Assembly (NCBI GenBank): GCA_013285805.1
Contig: JABDGY010000003.1
Span: forward strand, 4,267-68,266
Direction: 5' to 3'
Source of the DNA: Bacteroidota bacterium
Lineage (GTDB): Bacteria; Bacteroidota; Bacteroidia; JABEUT01
Length of the DNA: 64,000 bases
Shown: positions 24,137 to 35,100 of the stretch, in pieces
How positions within the stretch are numbered: the first letter of the stretch is position 1
How the letters are laid out: each line of letters opens with the position of its first letter
Notes under the pieces: generated by a model
What the model saw: the letters and a program-made list of their open reading frames with translations, nothing else
The model's database searches: none
What the model was told of the DNA's origin: nothing
Translations under genes and position numbers: made by a program

Positions 24137-25192
24137 ATGAATAATGACCTTACTACAATAAAAGACTGGCTAGCGCCTATGATTATAACCGGCAGCATAA
24201 TTGTTGCAGGAATAATTATTCAACGGCTGATAATACTTTACCTGCGCAAACAGGCTAAAAAAGAGAACTGGCAGGGCGCAGGAGTGATTATAACCTCGCT
24301 GCGCGGAATGGTTGTCCTTATTTCTATTTTAATGGGTGTTTACTTTGGCCTGGCGGATTCACCCTTACCACCATCGACTATTAATATTGCCCAAAAACTA
24401 CACAGGGCACTTGTAATATTAATACTTACTATTATAACGGCACGTGTGCTTACAGGTTTGCTGAAAGCATATACCAGCCGCGAGGCGCATGCCCAGAAGT
24501 CTCTGTCACTGTTTAATTCCATTATAAATATTGTGGTGTATGTCATCGGCATGCTTATAATTTTAGGTGCAGTTGGCATATCTATTACACCTATTCTTAC
24601 TGCATTGGGTGTTGGTGGTTTGGCAGTAGCCCTAGCTCTGCAGGACACTCTTACAAATCTTTTTGCAGGTGTGCATATTACAGTTGCCCGCATAATTAAA
24701 GCTGGCGACTATGTTATGTTAAGCTCGGGCGAAGAAGGAACGGTAAGCGATATAACCTGGAGGGTTACCACACTGCTGACTACATCGAACAATATTGTAA
24801 TTATACCCAATTCAAAACTGGCAAGCAGCATTGTTACAAATTATTCACTGCCGGCAAAAAATATGGATATGGCGCTGCCTATTCATGTTGGATATAATGC
24901 TGACTTAGAAAAGGTGGAAAAAATCACTCTTGAAGTCGCCATTGAAGTAATGAAGGAATTAGGAATAGAAAATGCCGCACCGGTTGTTCGTTACAGGGAG
25001 TTCGCCCCTTCGGTTATTAATTTAAACCTTTGGATAACCATACACACTTTTACGGACCAACCCAGCATACGCCATGCGCTTATGAAACGTATTTATAGGC
25101 GTTATAAGCAGGAAGGAATTGAAATATCATTGCCTGAAAGTACCGTGCATATAGCCCCACCCAAGCCCTCCCCAATGGGAAGGGAGAAATAA
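24137..25192 (+). CDS. Mechanosensitive ion channel, MscS family
   Basis: 351 aa with N-terminal TM helices, the pore-helix block GVGGLAVALALQDTLTNLFAGV, and a beta-domain. Confidence 0.85.
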   Translation: MNNDLTTIKDWLAPMIITGSIIVAGIIIQRLIILYLRKQAKKENWQGAGVIITSLRGMVVLISILMGVYFGLADSPLPPSTINIAQKLHRALVILILTIITARVLTGLLKAYTSREAHAQKSLSLFNSIINIVVYVIGMLIILGAVGISITPILTALGVGGLAVALALQDTLTNLFAGVHITVARIIKAGDYVMLSSGEEGTVSDITWRVTTLLTTSNNIVIIPNSKLASSIVTNYSLPAKNMDMALPIHVGYNADLEKVEKITLEVAIEVMKELGIENAAPVVRYREFAPSVINLNLWITIHTFTDQPSIRHALMKRIYRRYKQEGIEISLPESTVHIAPPKPSPMGREK

Positions 25193-25202
25193 AATTATTA
25201 AG

Positions 25203-25221
25203 TCTCCCCTATTGGGGGAGA
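25203..25221. terminator. Hairpin between convergent genes (possible bidirectional terminator)
   Basis: TCTCCCC-tattg-GGGGAGA forms a 7-bp stem. It lies between the mscS-family stop (25192) and the minus-strand gene stop (25240). The flanking U-tracts are weak. Confidence 0.35.
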
Positions 25222-25239
25222 TTTAGAGGGGGCTTCTTT

Positions 25240-25872
25240 TTATCTTGAGCCCAGCATAAACACTGCCGCCTGACTGGCCATACCAACAATATAGCCTATA
25301 TAAATGTCGGCCGGTTCGTGAGCTTTTAGTTTGTAACGTGCCACACCAATTACAACTGCAAGGCCCATTACTGAGCCCAGCAATGGATACATTACCATGT
25401 GGTTGAGATACATTAACCCTATTACAGTACCTACAATTCCGCCAATACCGACGGTGTGCAGGCTTATTTTGGTAAACAGGCTCGCAATAAGTGTAGCCAT
25501 CATAGCCACATTTATACCGAGAATGAAATAATATAAAGATACACCTGCGGGAGGGAGCCTGTGAAAAACATAGAATGCAAGCAGGAACCCTAATTCTGAA
25601 AATGCAATGAGCCACCTTCTATCCTGTTCTGTAGGCTCCATTATGCTGCTTACACGTTTGGCTGCAACTAAAACGCCACTAAATAATAATGGCAGTATAC
25701 CTGTGCAGACAAACAGAATTGGGATATCAGTAAATAGAATTTTCTTTAGCTGGTACATATCCAGCGAGAGGTATATATATGGGTCGCTGGTAAGCACAAT
25801 TAAAAAGCCCAGCGTAGGCATAATTATGGGGTGAAAAAAATAAGATATAGCTTTCCAGATGCTGTTATTCAT
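25240..25872 (-). CDS. Polytopic membrane protein, possibly PAP2-superfamily-like
   Basis: 210 aa with about 6 TM helices. SLHTVG and RYKLKAHEPADIYIGY loosely resemble PAP2 motifs C2/C3. The assignment is weak. Confidence 0.5.
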   Translation of the reverse strand: MNNSIWKAISYFFHPIIMPTLGFLIVLTSDPYIYLSLDMYQLKKILFTDIPILFVCTGILPLLFSGVLVAAKRVSSIMEPTEQDRRWLIAFSELGFLLAFYVFHRLPPAGVSLYYFILGINVAMMATLIASLFTKISLHTVGIGGIVGTVIGLMYLNHMVMYPLLGSVMGLAVVIGVARYKLKAHEPADIYIGYIVGMASQAAVFMLGSR

Positions 25873-25875
25873 AAT

Positions 25876-27333
25876 TTATACTTCTCGTCTCATTCTTGCT
25901 ACAGGCAGTTCTAATTGTTCACGGTATTTCGCCACTGTGCGGCGAGCTAGATGATATCCTTTTTCTTCCAGCAGTTTCACTAACGCTTCATCGGTCAGCG
26001 GATTTTTTTTATCCTCACTCTCAATTAACTCTTTCAAAATATTTTTCACTTCCTTAACAGATACTTCTTCCCCACCCTCTTTCTGAAACGCTTCAGAAAA
26101 CAGGGTTTTCAGTAATATAGTACCAAAACCTGTCTGCACATATTTACTGTTAACGACACGCGAAATAGTTGAAATATCCAAATCCGTCTTCTTGGCAATA
26201 TCCTTTAATAACATAGGTTTCAGCAGGCCTTCATCTCCCATCAGGAAATAATCTTTCTGGTATTCGAGTATGGTGTACATAACCTTCAGCAATGTCTCTT
26301 CGCGCTGTTTAAGTGCATCTAAAAAATCGCGGGCAGCATCAATACGCTGGCGGGCAAACGAAGCCGCCTCACGCTGCTGTTTATCATTGCCTGGTTTCTT
26401 GGTACCCATTTCTTCATATAGCGGGCTAAGCCTTAACTTTGATGAGTTCCTGCTACTAAGCAATAACTCTAACTTTCCGCTCCAGTTATTTAAAATGAAA
26501 TCGGGTGTAACCTGGTTTATGCCTTCATTACCGTCTGAATAGGTTTGCCCGGGTTTCGGATTAAGCTTTACTATTTCGGCAATAGCATCTTTCAACTGTT
26601 TATCATCAATATGCAAAAGCTCCTTTAGCTTGTCGTAATTCTTTTTCGAAAATTCATCAAATCCTTTTTCTACAATTAAGGTTGCCGTGTCTACCCCAGC
26701 ATTTTTGTGCGCTTTTCTTTTTAACTGTATCAGCAAACATTCTCTCAAATCACGCGCTCCCACTCCAATAGGGTCAAGTTCCTGTATGGCTTCAAGAATA
26801 GGAATCAACTCATTCTCATCGGTCAGTATGTTTTGCAGAAAAGTAATATCGTTGGCAATGGAATATAAATCGCGGCGCAGGTAACCATCGTCGTCAATGT
26901 TACCAATAATATAATCAGCCAGCATCAATTGACGTTCATTCATATTACGTAACCCAAGCTGCATGGAAAGTGAATCCTGGAATGAGTTTGTAGCTGCAAT
27001 AGGCATCTCGCGTTGTTCCTCATCAGGCGACTGGTTATTTACACTAAGTTTATAGGCAGGCACATATTCATCGCTCTCCTCCATAAACTCGCTGGCATCA
27101 TCATACTCATCTCCCGAATCATTATCTGTATCAATATCATCTCCGTTTATCTCTTTCTCTTCCTGTGCTTCCCATTCCGCTTCAGCAGCTTCTTCCAGTG
27201 CAGGATTGCTTTCAATCTCTTCTTTAATACGTTGTTCCATTAATGGCACTGGCAACTGCAACAGCTTCTGCACCATCATTTGCTGTGGTGTAAGCTTTAA
27301 TTGCTGCTTTTGTTGTAAAGACTGCCTGAGCAT
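25876..27333 (-). CDS. rpoN: RNA polymerase sigma-54 factor
   Basis: 485 aa with a Gln-rich N-terminus, an acidic region II, and the C-terminal RpoN box ARRTVAKYREQL. Confidence 0.95.
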   Translation of the reverse strand: MLRQSLQQKQQLKLTPQQMMVQKLLQLPVPLMEQRIKEEIESNPALEEAAEAEWEAQEEKEINGDDIDTDNDSGDEYDDASEFMEESDEYVPAYKLSVNNQSPDEEQREMPIAATNSFQDSLSMQLGLRNMNERQLMLADYIIGNIDDDGYLRRDLYSIANDITFLQNILTDENELIPILEAIQELDPIGVGARDLRECLLIQLKRKAHKNAGVDTATLIVEKGFDEFSKKNYDKLKELLHIDDKQLKDAIAEIVKLNPKPGQTYSDGNEGINQVTPDFILNNWSGKLELLLSSRNSSKLRLSPLYEEMGTKKPGNDKQQREAASFARQRIDAARDFLDALKQREETLLKVMYTILEYQKDYFLMGDEGLLKPMLLKDIAKKTDLDISTISRVVNSKYVQTGFGTILLKTLFSEAFQKEGGEEVSVKEVKNILKELIESEDKKNPLTDEALVKLLEEKGYHLARRTVAKYREQLELPVARMRREV

Positions 27334-27366
27334 AGTAACTTGTTATAGGAACAAACGTTCCTGCTC

Positions 27367-27374
27367 CAAAATTA
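27367..27374 (-). promoter_or_regulatory. Candidate -7 box TAATTTTG for rpoN
   Basis: CAAAATTA on the plus strand. It lies about 33 nt before the rpoN ATG (27333). Confidence 0.35.
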
Positions 27375-27375
27375 C

Positions 27376-28758
27376 TTAAAACTCCGCATTCTTGGGTGTG
27401 CGAGGGAAAGGTATCACATCGCGTATGTTGGTCATGCCTGTCATGAACAGGATAAGACGCTCAAATCCAAGCCCGAAGCCTGCATGGGGCGCAGTACCAA
27501 ACCTGCGTGTATCTAAATACCATTGCATATCATGCTCAGGTATATGCATTTCCTTCATACGGGCAACAAGCGTTTCGTAGTTTTCTTCACGCTGCGAGCC
27601 CCCAATCATTTCACCTACATAGGGAAATAATACGTCCATACCTCTTACCGTTTTGCCATCTTCATTAAGCTTCATGTAAAAAGCCTTTATCTCTTTTGGA
27701 TAGCCTGTCACCATCACAGGCACACCAAATTTCTCCACCAAAAAGTTTTCATGCTCTTTTTGCAAGTCAGATCCCCATTCAGGCAAAAACTCAAATTTCT
27801 TTCCCGATGTTTTCAATACCTCAATTGCATCCGTGTATGTAATACGTTTAAAACTGCCGCTGATAACCATATTTAGCTTTTTCAGCAGTTCCTTGTCGTA
27901 CATATTATTAAGGAAATCCAAATCATCCTTGCAATTGTCAAGTGCATACTGCACAAGGTATTTAAGAAAATCCTCGGCCAGATCCATGTTATCATTCACG
28001 TCATAGAAAGCCATTTCAGGCTCTATCATCCAGAACTCTGCCAGGTGGCGGGGAGTGTTTGAGTTTTCGGCACGGAAAGTCGGCCCGAATGTATATATTT
28101 TAGATAATGCCAATGCCGCCAGCTCACCCTCTAACTGACCCGATACAGTAAGGTTAGTTTCTTTACCGAAAAAGTCCTCTTTATAGTTAATAGTGCCATC
28201 CTCATTTTTAGGCGGGTTCAACATATCTAAGGTAGTTACCCTGAACATCTGCCCTGCACCCTCGGCGTCAGAGCCTGTAATAATAGGTGTATGTAAATAG
28301 TAGAAACCGTTGTCGTTAAAATATTTGTGAATAGCATAGGCCATAGCATGGCGCACACGGAACACTGCCCCGAAAGTATTGGTTCGCGGCCTAAGGTGAG
28401 CTATTGTACGTAAGTATTCCAATGTCTGTCCTTGTTTTTGCAAAGGGTATTCTTCGTTAAATGCTCCGTATATCTCAATATCTTCAGCTATAACCTCAAC
28501 CGTCTGTCCTTTGCCCTGCGATTGCATGAGCTTACCCTTAATACAAACACAGGCGCCAATGTTTATTTTCTTCATTAACTCCTCAGGGAATGAATTTAAA
28601 TTCACCACCACCTGTATATTATGAATAGTTGAACCATCGTTTATGGGCAAAAAAGCCACTTCTTTACTTCCACGCTTGCTGCGCACCCAGCCTTTAACTT
28701 CCACCTGTTTATCATATTCGGTAGAGCTTAAAAGGCTTTTTACTGTGAACTTTATCAT
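27376..28758 (-). CDS. asnS: Asparagine--tRNA ligase
   Basis: It has class IIb blocks ([35 protein letters not shown]). I placed the start at the ATG at 28758 ([10 protein letters not shown]...) rather than the ORF-track 28896. Confidence 0.92.
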   Translation of the reverse strand: MIKFTVKSLLSSTEYDKQVEVKGWVRSKRGSKEVAFLPINDGSTIHNIQVVVNLNSFPEELMKKINIGACVCIKGKLMQSQGKGQTVEVIAEDIEIYGAFNEEYPLQKQGQTLEYLRTIAHLRPRTNTFGAVFRVRHAMAYAIHKYFNDNGFYYLHTPIITGSDAEGAGQMFRVTTLDMLNPPKNEDGTINYKEDFFGKETNLTVSGQLEGELAALALSKIYTFGPTFRAENSNTPRHLAEFWMIEPEMAFYDVNDNMDLAEDFLKYLVQYALDNCKDDLDFLNNMYDKELLKKLNMVISGSFKRITYTDAIEVLKTSGKKFEFLPEWGSDLQKEHENFLVEKFGVPVMVTGYPKEIKAFYMKLNEDGKTVRGMDVLFPYVGEMIGGSQREENYETLVARMKEMHIPEHDMQWYLDTRRFGTAPHAGFGLGFERLILFMTGMTNIRDVIPFPRTPKNAEF

Positions 28759-28879
28759 AATTCTTAATTTAAAGTATTCAGGGTTTAATTCCGTCTTTAA
28801 CAAAATCAGGTTGGTAAAATTAATCGGTTTTTGCCCACTATAACGTTCTGAAAATCTAAATGACTTGAAAATTTTGTAA

Positions 28880-28907
28880 GAAAACTTTGGAAACAAAAAA
28901 AGTTTTC
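28880..28907. promoter_or_regulatory. Perfect 9-bp inverted repeat, candidate TetR operator
   Basis: GAAAACTTT-N10-AAAGTTTTC sits directly upstream of the -7 box of the TetR gene. Confidence 0.4.
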
Positions 28908-28908
28908 A

Positions 28909-28916
28909 TAGTTTTG
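28909..28916 (+). promoter_or_regulatory. Candidate -7 box TAGTTTTG for the efflux operon
   Basis: Matches TAnnTTTG and lies 18 nt before the ATG at 28935. Confidence 0.45.
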
Positions 28917-28934
28917 CGCCCTCGTTTAAAAGAA

Positions 28935-29558
28935 ATGAAAGTACAGGAACAAATATTAAAAGGCACTGAAGAACTATTCTTCCGTTACGGAATTAAGGGA
29001 ATAACCATGGATGACATTGCCAAACACATGGGCATGTCGAAGCGTACGTTGTATGAAAACTATCCCACTAAAGACGACCTGGTAAGCGCTATTCTCAAAG
29101 TACACATTGAGAAAAATGCAGAGAATTGCGAGGAGTACCGTGATAAGGCTAAAAACGCCATTGAAGAAATAATAATGATGATGATGCAGCTAAGGAATAT
29201 GTTTAACGCTATGAATCCACGCTTGTTGTATGACCTGAAAAAATTCCACCCCAAAGCATGGCAGGAATTCCAGGATTTTAAGCATAACCTGATTATGAAA
29301 ACTATTATGGACAATATACGCCTGGGCATAAAACAGGGTATTTACCGGGAAGATATTGATGTGAACATACTTTCGCGCCTGCGCATTGAGGAAATTGAAC
29401 TGGCATGGAACCCTGAAATATTCCCCACTGCCAGCTACGACCTTACTAAAGTGCAAGTAAGCCTTCTCGACCACTTTCTATATGGCATTGCCAACGTAAA
29501 AGGCCACCGGATGATAGAACGTTATAAAAAGCAACAAAATATAACCGTTACTCTATGA
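28935..29558 (+). CDS. TetR/AcrR family transcriptional regulator
   Basis: It has the N-terminal HTH LFFRYGIKGITMDDIAKHMGMSKRTLYENY. It is the first gene of the efflux operon, and its stop overlaps the next gene's start. Confidence 0.85.
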   Translation: MKVQEQILKGTEELFFRYGIKGITMDDIAKHMGMSKRTLYENYPTKDDLVSAILKVHIEKNAENCEEYRDKAKNAIEEIIMMMMQLRNMFNAMNPRLLYDLKKFHPKAWQEFQDFKHNLIMKTIMDNIRLGIKQGIYREDIDVNILSRLRIEEIELAWNPEIFPTASYDLTKVQVSLLDHFLYGIANVKGHRMIERYKKQQNITVTL

Positions 29559-30913
29559 TATATAAAAAGACCCGTTTATTAATTGCATTGCTGCTGCCCG
29601 CCGCCCTTGGTGTTGCGCAGCAAAAACAGCAAGACAGCACTCACCGGCTTTCGGTAAAACAAAGTATTGATTATGCGCTAAGCCACCAGACTAACGTTGT
29701 AAATGCTCAATACGAGGTAGAAAAAGCTGGTGATAAAGTGAGGGAGATTGTGGGTATTGGCTTGCCCCAGGTTAGTGCTTCAGGCACTATAGAGGATTTT
29801 CTAAATATCCCCACAACGCTAATACCTGCACAGTTCTTCGGAGGGCCTGCAGGCGAATTCGAGCCGGTAAAATTCGGTACTCAGTATAATACTTCGGGCG
29901 AAATAGATGCCTCTCAACTATTATTCGATGGTACATATATAGTGGGTTTGGAAGCTTCAAGAACATATAAGGAACTTTCGCAAAAGAGCCTTACCCAAAC
30001 CAAAATACAAACGGTATCGGCTGTTACTAAAGCTTATTACACAGTGCTGGTTAATTACTGGAAACTTCAAATGGTACATGCCGACGTTAACCGTTTGAAA
30101 GAACTGATGGACCAGACCGAAGCCATGTATAAAAGCGGTTTCACTGAAAAAATTGACTGGGAAAGGATTAAAGTAAATTATAACAACCTGAAGACACAGG
30201 AAACCACTATCGGCAAATTGGTGGGCCTCAGCTACCAGTTGTTAAAATTCCAGATGGGCATGCCGCAGCATGACAGCCTTTCATTATCCGATAGTCTTAA
30301 AACACTCTCACTTAATCCATCTGCAGAAAAGGATAGTTCCTTCAGGCCTGAAAACCGTATTGAATATTCGCTTGCACAAACTAACATGAGAGCGAATGAG
30401 TTGCAACTGCAGAAAGACCGTTTTTCATACTTGCCTAACCTTGCTTTGTTCGGCACATGGAGCTATGCAGCTTATGGCAATACTTTCTCGGTTTTCGACC
30501 GTAGCCAGGACTGGTTCCCTACGTCGATTGTAGGCCTTAAAATGAATGTACCGGTTTTCTCGGGCTTTCAAAGAATGTACCGCGTAAAAGAAGATAAGAT
30601 AGGAGTACTGGAAAGCGAGGCTACCCTTAACAATATAAAAGAAGGTATTTATCTTGAGGTTTCAAACAGCCTTACCAGCCTTGAGAATGCGTTGGCCGAT
30701 TTGAAAAACCAACAGGAGAATATGGACCTTGCCCAGAACGTGGAACATGATTCTAAAATAAAATATGAAGCGGGCACCGGTTCTAATATAGAAGTGGTGG
30801 ATGCTGAAACCTCGCTCACCGAAGCTGAAACAAATTATTATAACGCCCTGTTCAATGCCCTTGTCGCCAAGGTTGATTATGAGCAGGCTAAAGGAACTTT
30901 ATACAACAAATAA
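29555..30913 (+). CDS. TolC-family outer-membrane efflux protein
   Basis: 452 aa with a signal peptide and two repeated coiled-coil/beta halves typical of OEP/TolC. The operon context supports the call. Confidence 0.85.
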   Translation: MIYKKTRLLIALLLPAALGVAQQKQQDSTHRLSVKQSIDYALSHQTNVVNAQYEVEKAGDKVREIVGIGLPQVSASGTIEDFLNIPTTLIPAQFFGGPAGEFEPVKFGTQYNTSGEIDASQLLFDGTYIVGLEASRTYKELSQKSLTQTKIQTVSAVTKAYYTVLVNYWKLQMVHADVNRLKELMDQTEAMYKSGFTEKIDWERIKVNYNNLKTQETTIGKLVGLSYQLLKFQMGMPQHDSLSLSDSLKTLSLNPSAEKDSSFRPENRIEYSLAQTNMRANELQLQKDRFSYLPNLALFGTWSYAAYGNTFSVFDRSQDWFPTSIVGLKMNVPVFSGFQRMYRVKEDKIGVLESEATLNNIKEGIYLEVSNSLTSLENALADLKNQQENMDLAQNVEHDSKIKYEAGTGSNIEVVDAETSLTEAETNYYNALFNALVAKVDYEQAKGTLYNK

Positions 30914-30927
30914 CACACCTCTATTTT

Positions 30928-32055
30928 ATGAAAAAGTACGTAACACTTTTTATTGCTGCATCTCTCCTGGCTGCATGTGCTAATAAGGATGGCAAAAACA
31001 AACTTGATAAAGACAAGGATAAACTGGCGAGCCTGAAGAAGCGTGATGCTGACCTGAGAGACTCCATACAGTTATTACAGGATACCATTAATAATGAAGG
31101 TGGTAAAGAAGTGAAAACCATAAAAGTGGGAGCAATGGATGTTGCCCCTCAGGTTTTCCGTCACTACGTGCAGGTACAAGCAAGTGTTTACGGACAGGAT
31201 AACATTAACGTGAATGCTGAAATGCCCGGTGTAGTGAAAAGCATTATGGTAACTGAAGGCGATAAAGTAACCAAAGGACAAGTACTTGCCCTGCTTGATG
31301 ATGCTGTGTTGCAGGAAAACATACAGGAAGTGCAAACCTCATTGGATTTGGCCAAAACACTGTATGAAAAACAAAAAGGTTTGTGGGACCAGAAGATAGG
31401 AACAGAAGTTCAGTACCTGAGCGCAAAAAGCAATTATGAATCATTACAGAAAAGATTTGCCGGCTTACAGCAACAGGATGATATGACGAAAATAAAATCG
31501 CCAATTGACGGTACTGTTGATGCGGTTAAATTGAAAGTAGGAGAATCGGTTGCTCCTGGCTTACCTACTATACAGGTTGTAAATGATGAAGAGTTAAAAG
31601 TAAAAGGGAATGTGGCTGAAGCTTACATTTCAGACATACACCCGGGCGATTCGTTAAGCCTTATTTTCCCTGACCTTCACGATACGGTAATATCAACTGC
31701 CACCTATGTATCAAGGGCTATTGACCCTGTTAACCGTACATTTAATGTTGAGGTAAAATTACCGCAAAATGCAAACTACCACCCTAACATGATAGCTATG
31801 ATGAACATTGTGGATTATGCAAACCGTTCTGCTATAACTGTTCCGGTGAATGTGGTACAGAGCGACCCTACAGGTTCATTTATTTTCGTGGCTGTAAAAG
31901 ATGATAAGAATAACTGGAAAGCTACAAAACGAGTTGTGACAACAGGCAAAGTATCTAACGGCAACCAGGAAATATTGAAAGGCCTTAACGTTGGCGACAA
32001 AGTTATAACTGTGGGGTACGAAGATTTAAACAACGGAGATATTGTCAGTTTATAA
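30928..32055 (+). CDS. Efflux RND periplasmic adaptor (MFP/HlyD family) lipoprotein
   Basis: 375 aa with the lipobox LLAAC, a coiled-coil hairpin, and barrel-sandwich blocks (GQVLALLDD, IKSPIDGTV). Confidence 0.85.
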   Translation: MKKYVTLFIAASLLAACANKDGKNKLDKDKDKLASLKKRDADLRDSIQLLQDTINNEGGKEVKTIKVGAMDVAPQVFRHYVQVQASVYGQDNINVNAEMPGVVKSIMVTEGDKVTKGQVLALLDDAVLQENIQEVQTSLDLAKTLYEKQKGLWDQKIGTEVQYLSAKSNYESLQKRFAGLQQQDDMTKIKSPIDGTVDAVKLKVGESVAPGLPTIQVVNDEELKVKGNVAEAYISDIHPGDSLSLIFPDLHDTVISTATYVSRAIDPVNRTFNVEVKLPQNANYHPNMIAMMNIVDYANRSAITVPVNVVQSDPTGSFIFVAVKDDKNNWKATKRVVTTGKVSNGNQEILKGLNVGDKVITVGYEDLNNGDIVSL

Positions 32056-32128
32056 AGCAACAAGATGAAAGTTTATAAAGTAATGGAACCCCCTTTTTTC
32101 CTTTACAAACTTTAAAAACTAATTGAAT

Positions 32129-35100
32129 ATGAAAGATATTTTCAAAGAATTTAAACCGAGCAGTTGGGCCATTGACAACCGCACCAGTATTTATGTAATT
32201 ACCATAATGATAATACTGGCGGGTATTATAGCCTATAACAATATTCCCAAGGAAAAATTTCCCGATATACAAATACCCACTGTATTTGTGCAAACCATTT
32301 ATCCGGGCACTTCTCCCTCTGATATGGAAAACCTGGTGACAAGACATATTGAAAAACAGGTAAAAGCAATTTCAGGTGTAAAGAAAATCACCAGCCATTC
32401 CGTTCAGGATTATTCAGCTATTGTAGTTGAATTCAATGCCGACGTTACGGTTGACGATGCAAGGCAAAAGGTAAAAGATGCAGTAGATAAAGCAAAGCCT
32501 GATTTACCAAGCGACCTTCCTAACCCGCCCGGCGTTATGGATATAAATTTTGCCGATTTCCCTATTCTTTTCGTGAACCTTTCCGGTGACTTTGACCTGG
32601 CAAAGCTGAAAAAATATGCCGATGACCTGAAGGATAAAATTGAGGCCATGCCTGAAATTACCCGTGTAGATGAAGTGGGTGCTATGGACAGGGAAATACA
32701 GGTGAATGTAGATATGTATAAGATGCAGGCCGCGCAGGTAACTATGGGCGATATTGAAAGAGCCGTGGCATCTGAAAACCTTGTAATATCGGGCGGTACG
32801 GTTACTATGGGGAATAAAGAACGTTCACTTACAGTTTCCGGTCAGTTTACCAATATGAGCCAGGTGAATAACCTCATTATTCGCTCAATGGGTGGCGCTA
32901 CTGTTTACCTGAAAGACATTGCTGCTGTTAAAGACACTGCTGCCGATGCAAAGAGTTATGCCCGGTTAGATAATAACAAAGTTATTTCATTGAATATTAT
33001 TAAACGCAGCGGTGCCAACCTTATTGACGCATCAGATAAAGTACAAACAGCCGTAAAGGATATGCAGACAAACATTTTCCCTCCAAACCTGCATATAACT
33101 ATTACCGGTGACCAGAGTGACCAGACACGCCAGACTTTGCACGATTTGATAAACACTATTATTATTGGGTTTTTACTGGTTACTATTATTTTAATGTTCT
33201 TCATGGGTGCAACCAACGCCATATTTGTCGCCATGTCTGTGCCTTTATCCATGTGCCTTGCTTTCTTTGTTCTTCCGGGTATCGGGTTCAGCATGAATAT
33301 GATTGTGCTCTTTGCTTTCCTTCTCGGGTTGGGTATTGTGGTTGATGATGCTATTGTGGTTATTGAAAACACACACCGTATATTCGATCATGGTAAGGTA
33401 AGTATTGTTACAGCCGCGAAAAGCGCCGCAGGTGAAGTATTTTTGCCTGTGCTTGCCGGTACAGCCACTACACTATCTCCGTTTATTCCATTGGCATTCT
33501 GGCCGGGCATTATCGGTAAGTTCATGCACTTTATGCCCGTAACACTTATTATTACACTTACTGCTTCCTTGTTTGTGGCATACATAATTAATCCTGTGTT
33601 TGCCGTAACCTTTATGAAAGCAGGTGACGATGACAGAGGTAGCAAAAAGAATAAATGGACAAAAGGAACAACTATCACATCAATAAGTTTTATTGCCGTA
33701 ACCTTAATTTTTTATTCTGCCGGAGTACCCGGAATGGGCAATTTTGCTTTGACATTATTAGCGTTTTACCTGCTCTATCGCTTTGTACTTATACAATGGG
33801 TCTATAAATTCCAACATAAAACATGGCCTGCCTTCCAGGAACGTTATACACGTCTTTTGAAACGTTCATTGCGGCATCCTGCTTTTATGTTATTGCTTAC
33901 TGTAATATTATTCTTTGGCTCTATTCAGCTTATTAAATACAGAACGCCCAATGTGGTATTCTTCCCTAAGGGCGAGCCAAATATGATTGATGTATATGTA
34001 AGCCTGCCTATTGGTACCGATATACATTATACCGATTCTATTACACATATACTGGAAGACAGGGTGTACAAGGTAATCGGACAAAACAATCCTATAGTGA
34101 AATCGGTAATTACAAACGTGGCTATAGGTGCCACAGATCCTAACGATAATGATAATGGCACTTATTCAAACAAAAGTAAAATCGACGTTGCTTTTGTAGA
34201 TTTCTCAAAACGTAATGGCGTTTCTACAGCAAAGTACCTAGATTCTATACAGAAGGCAGTGCAGGGGTTGCCGGGTGTTGAACTATCTGTAGACCAGGAA
34301 AAAAATGGCCCCCCAACCGGTAAGCCTATAAATATAGAAATACGTGGCGATAATTATCCGCAACTTGTAAATACCTCTCAGGATCTGCTTCACTACCTCG
34401 ATTCTATGAATATACCGGGTGTGGAAGAACTGAAATCGGATTTACAGAAAAATAAACCCGAAATTGTATTCGACATTGACCGCGAACGTGCCAATTATGA
34501 GGGAGTAAGTACGGGCCAGATTGGTTCGGAAATACGTACTGCTGTATATGGCAACGAGGCATCGAAATACCGCGACCAGAATGACGAATACCCTATAATG
34601 ATAAGGTACCAGAGGAACCAGCGTGAAGATGTAAACGCGCTTAAGAACCTTGATATTACTTTCCGCGATATGAATATGCATGGAGATATAAGGCAGATAC
34701 CTATTTCTACTTTTGCCAATATTCATTATGGAAGAACATACGGAGCTATTACCCGCTTGAATGAAAAGCCCATAATTACACTTTCATCAAACGTGTTAGG
34801 CGGCTTTAACGCTAACCAGGTAGTGTCGCAAATTACAGCGGCAATTAAGAACTTCCATACACCAAATGGCGTAGCTATTGAACTTACAGGCGAGCAGCAG
34901 GACCAGAAGGAGACACAGGATTTTCTTTCACTTGCGCTTGGAATTGCCGTGGCCCTGATATTTGTTATTCTCATTTCTCAGTTTAATTCGGTAGCTAAAC
35001 CATTAATTATATTGTCTGAAGTTATTTTCTGTGTTATTGGTATTATTCTTGGCTTCTCTATTACCAAAATGGACATATCAATAGTTATGTGTGGACTCGG

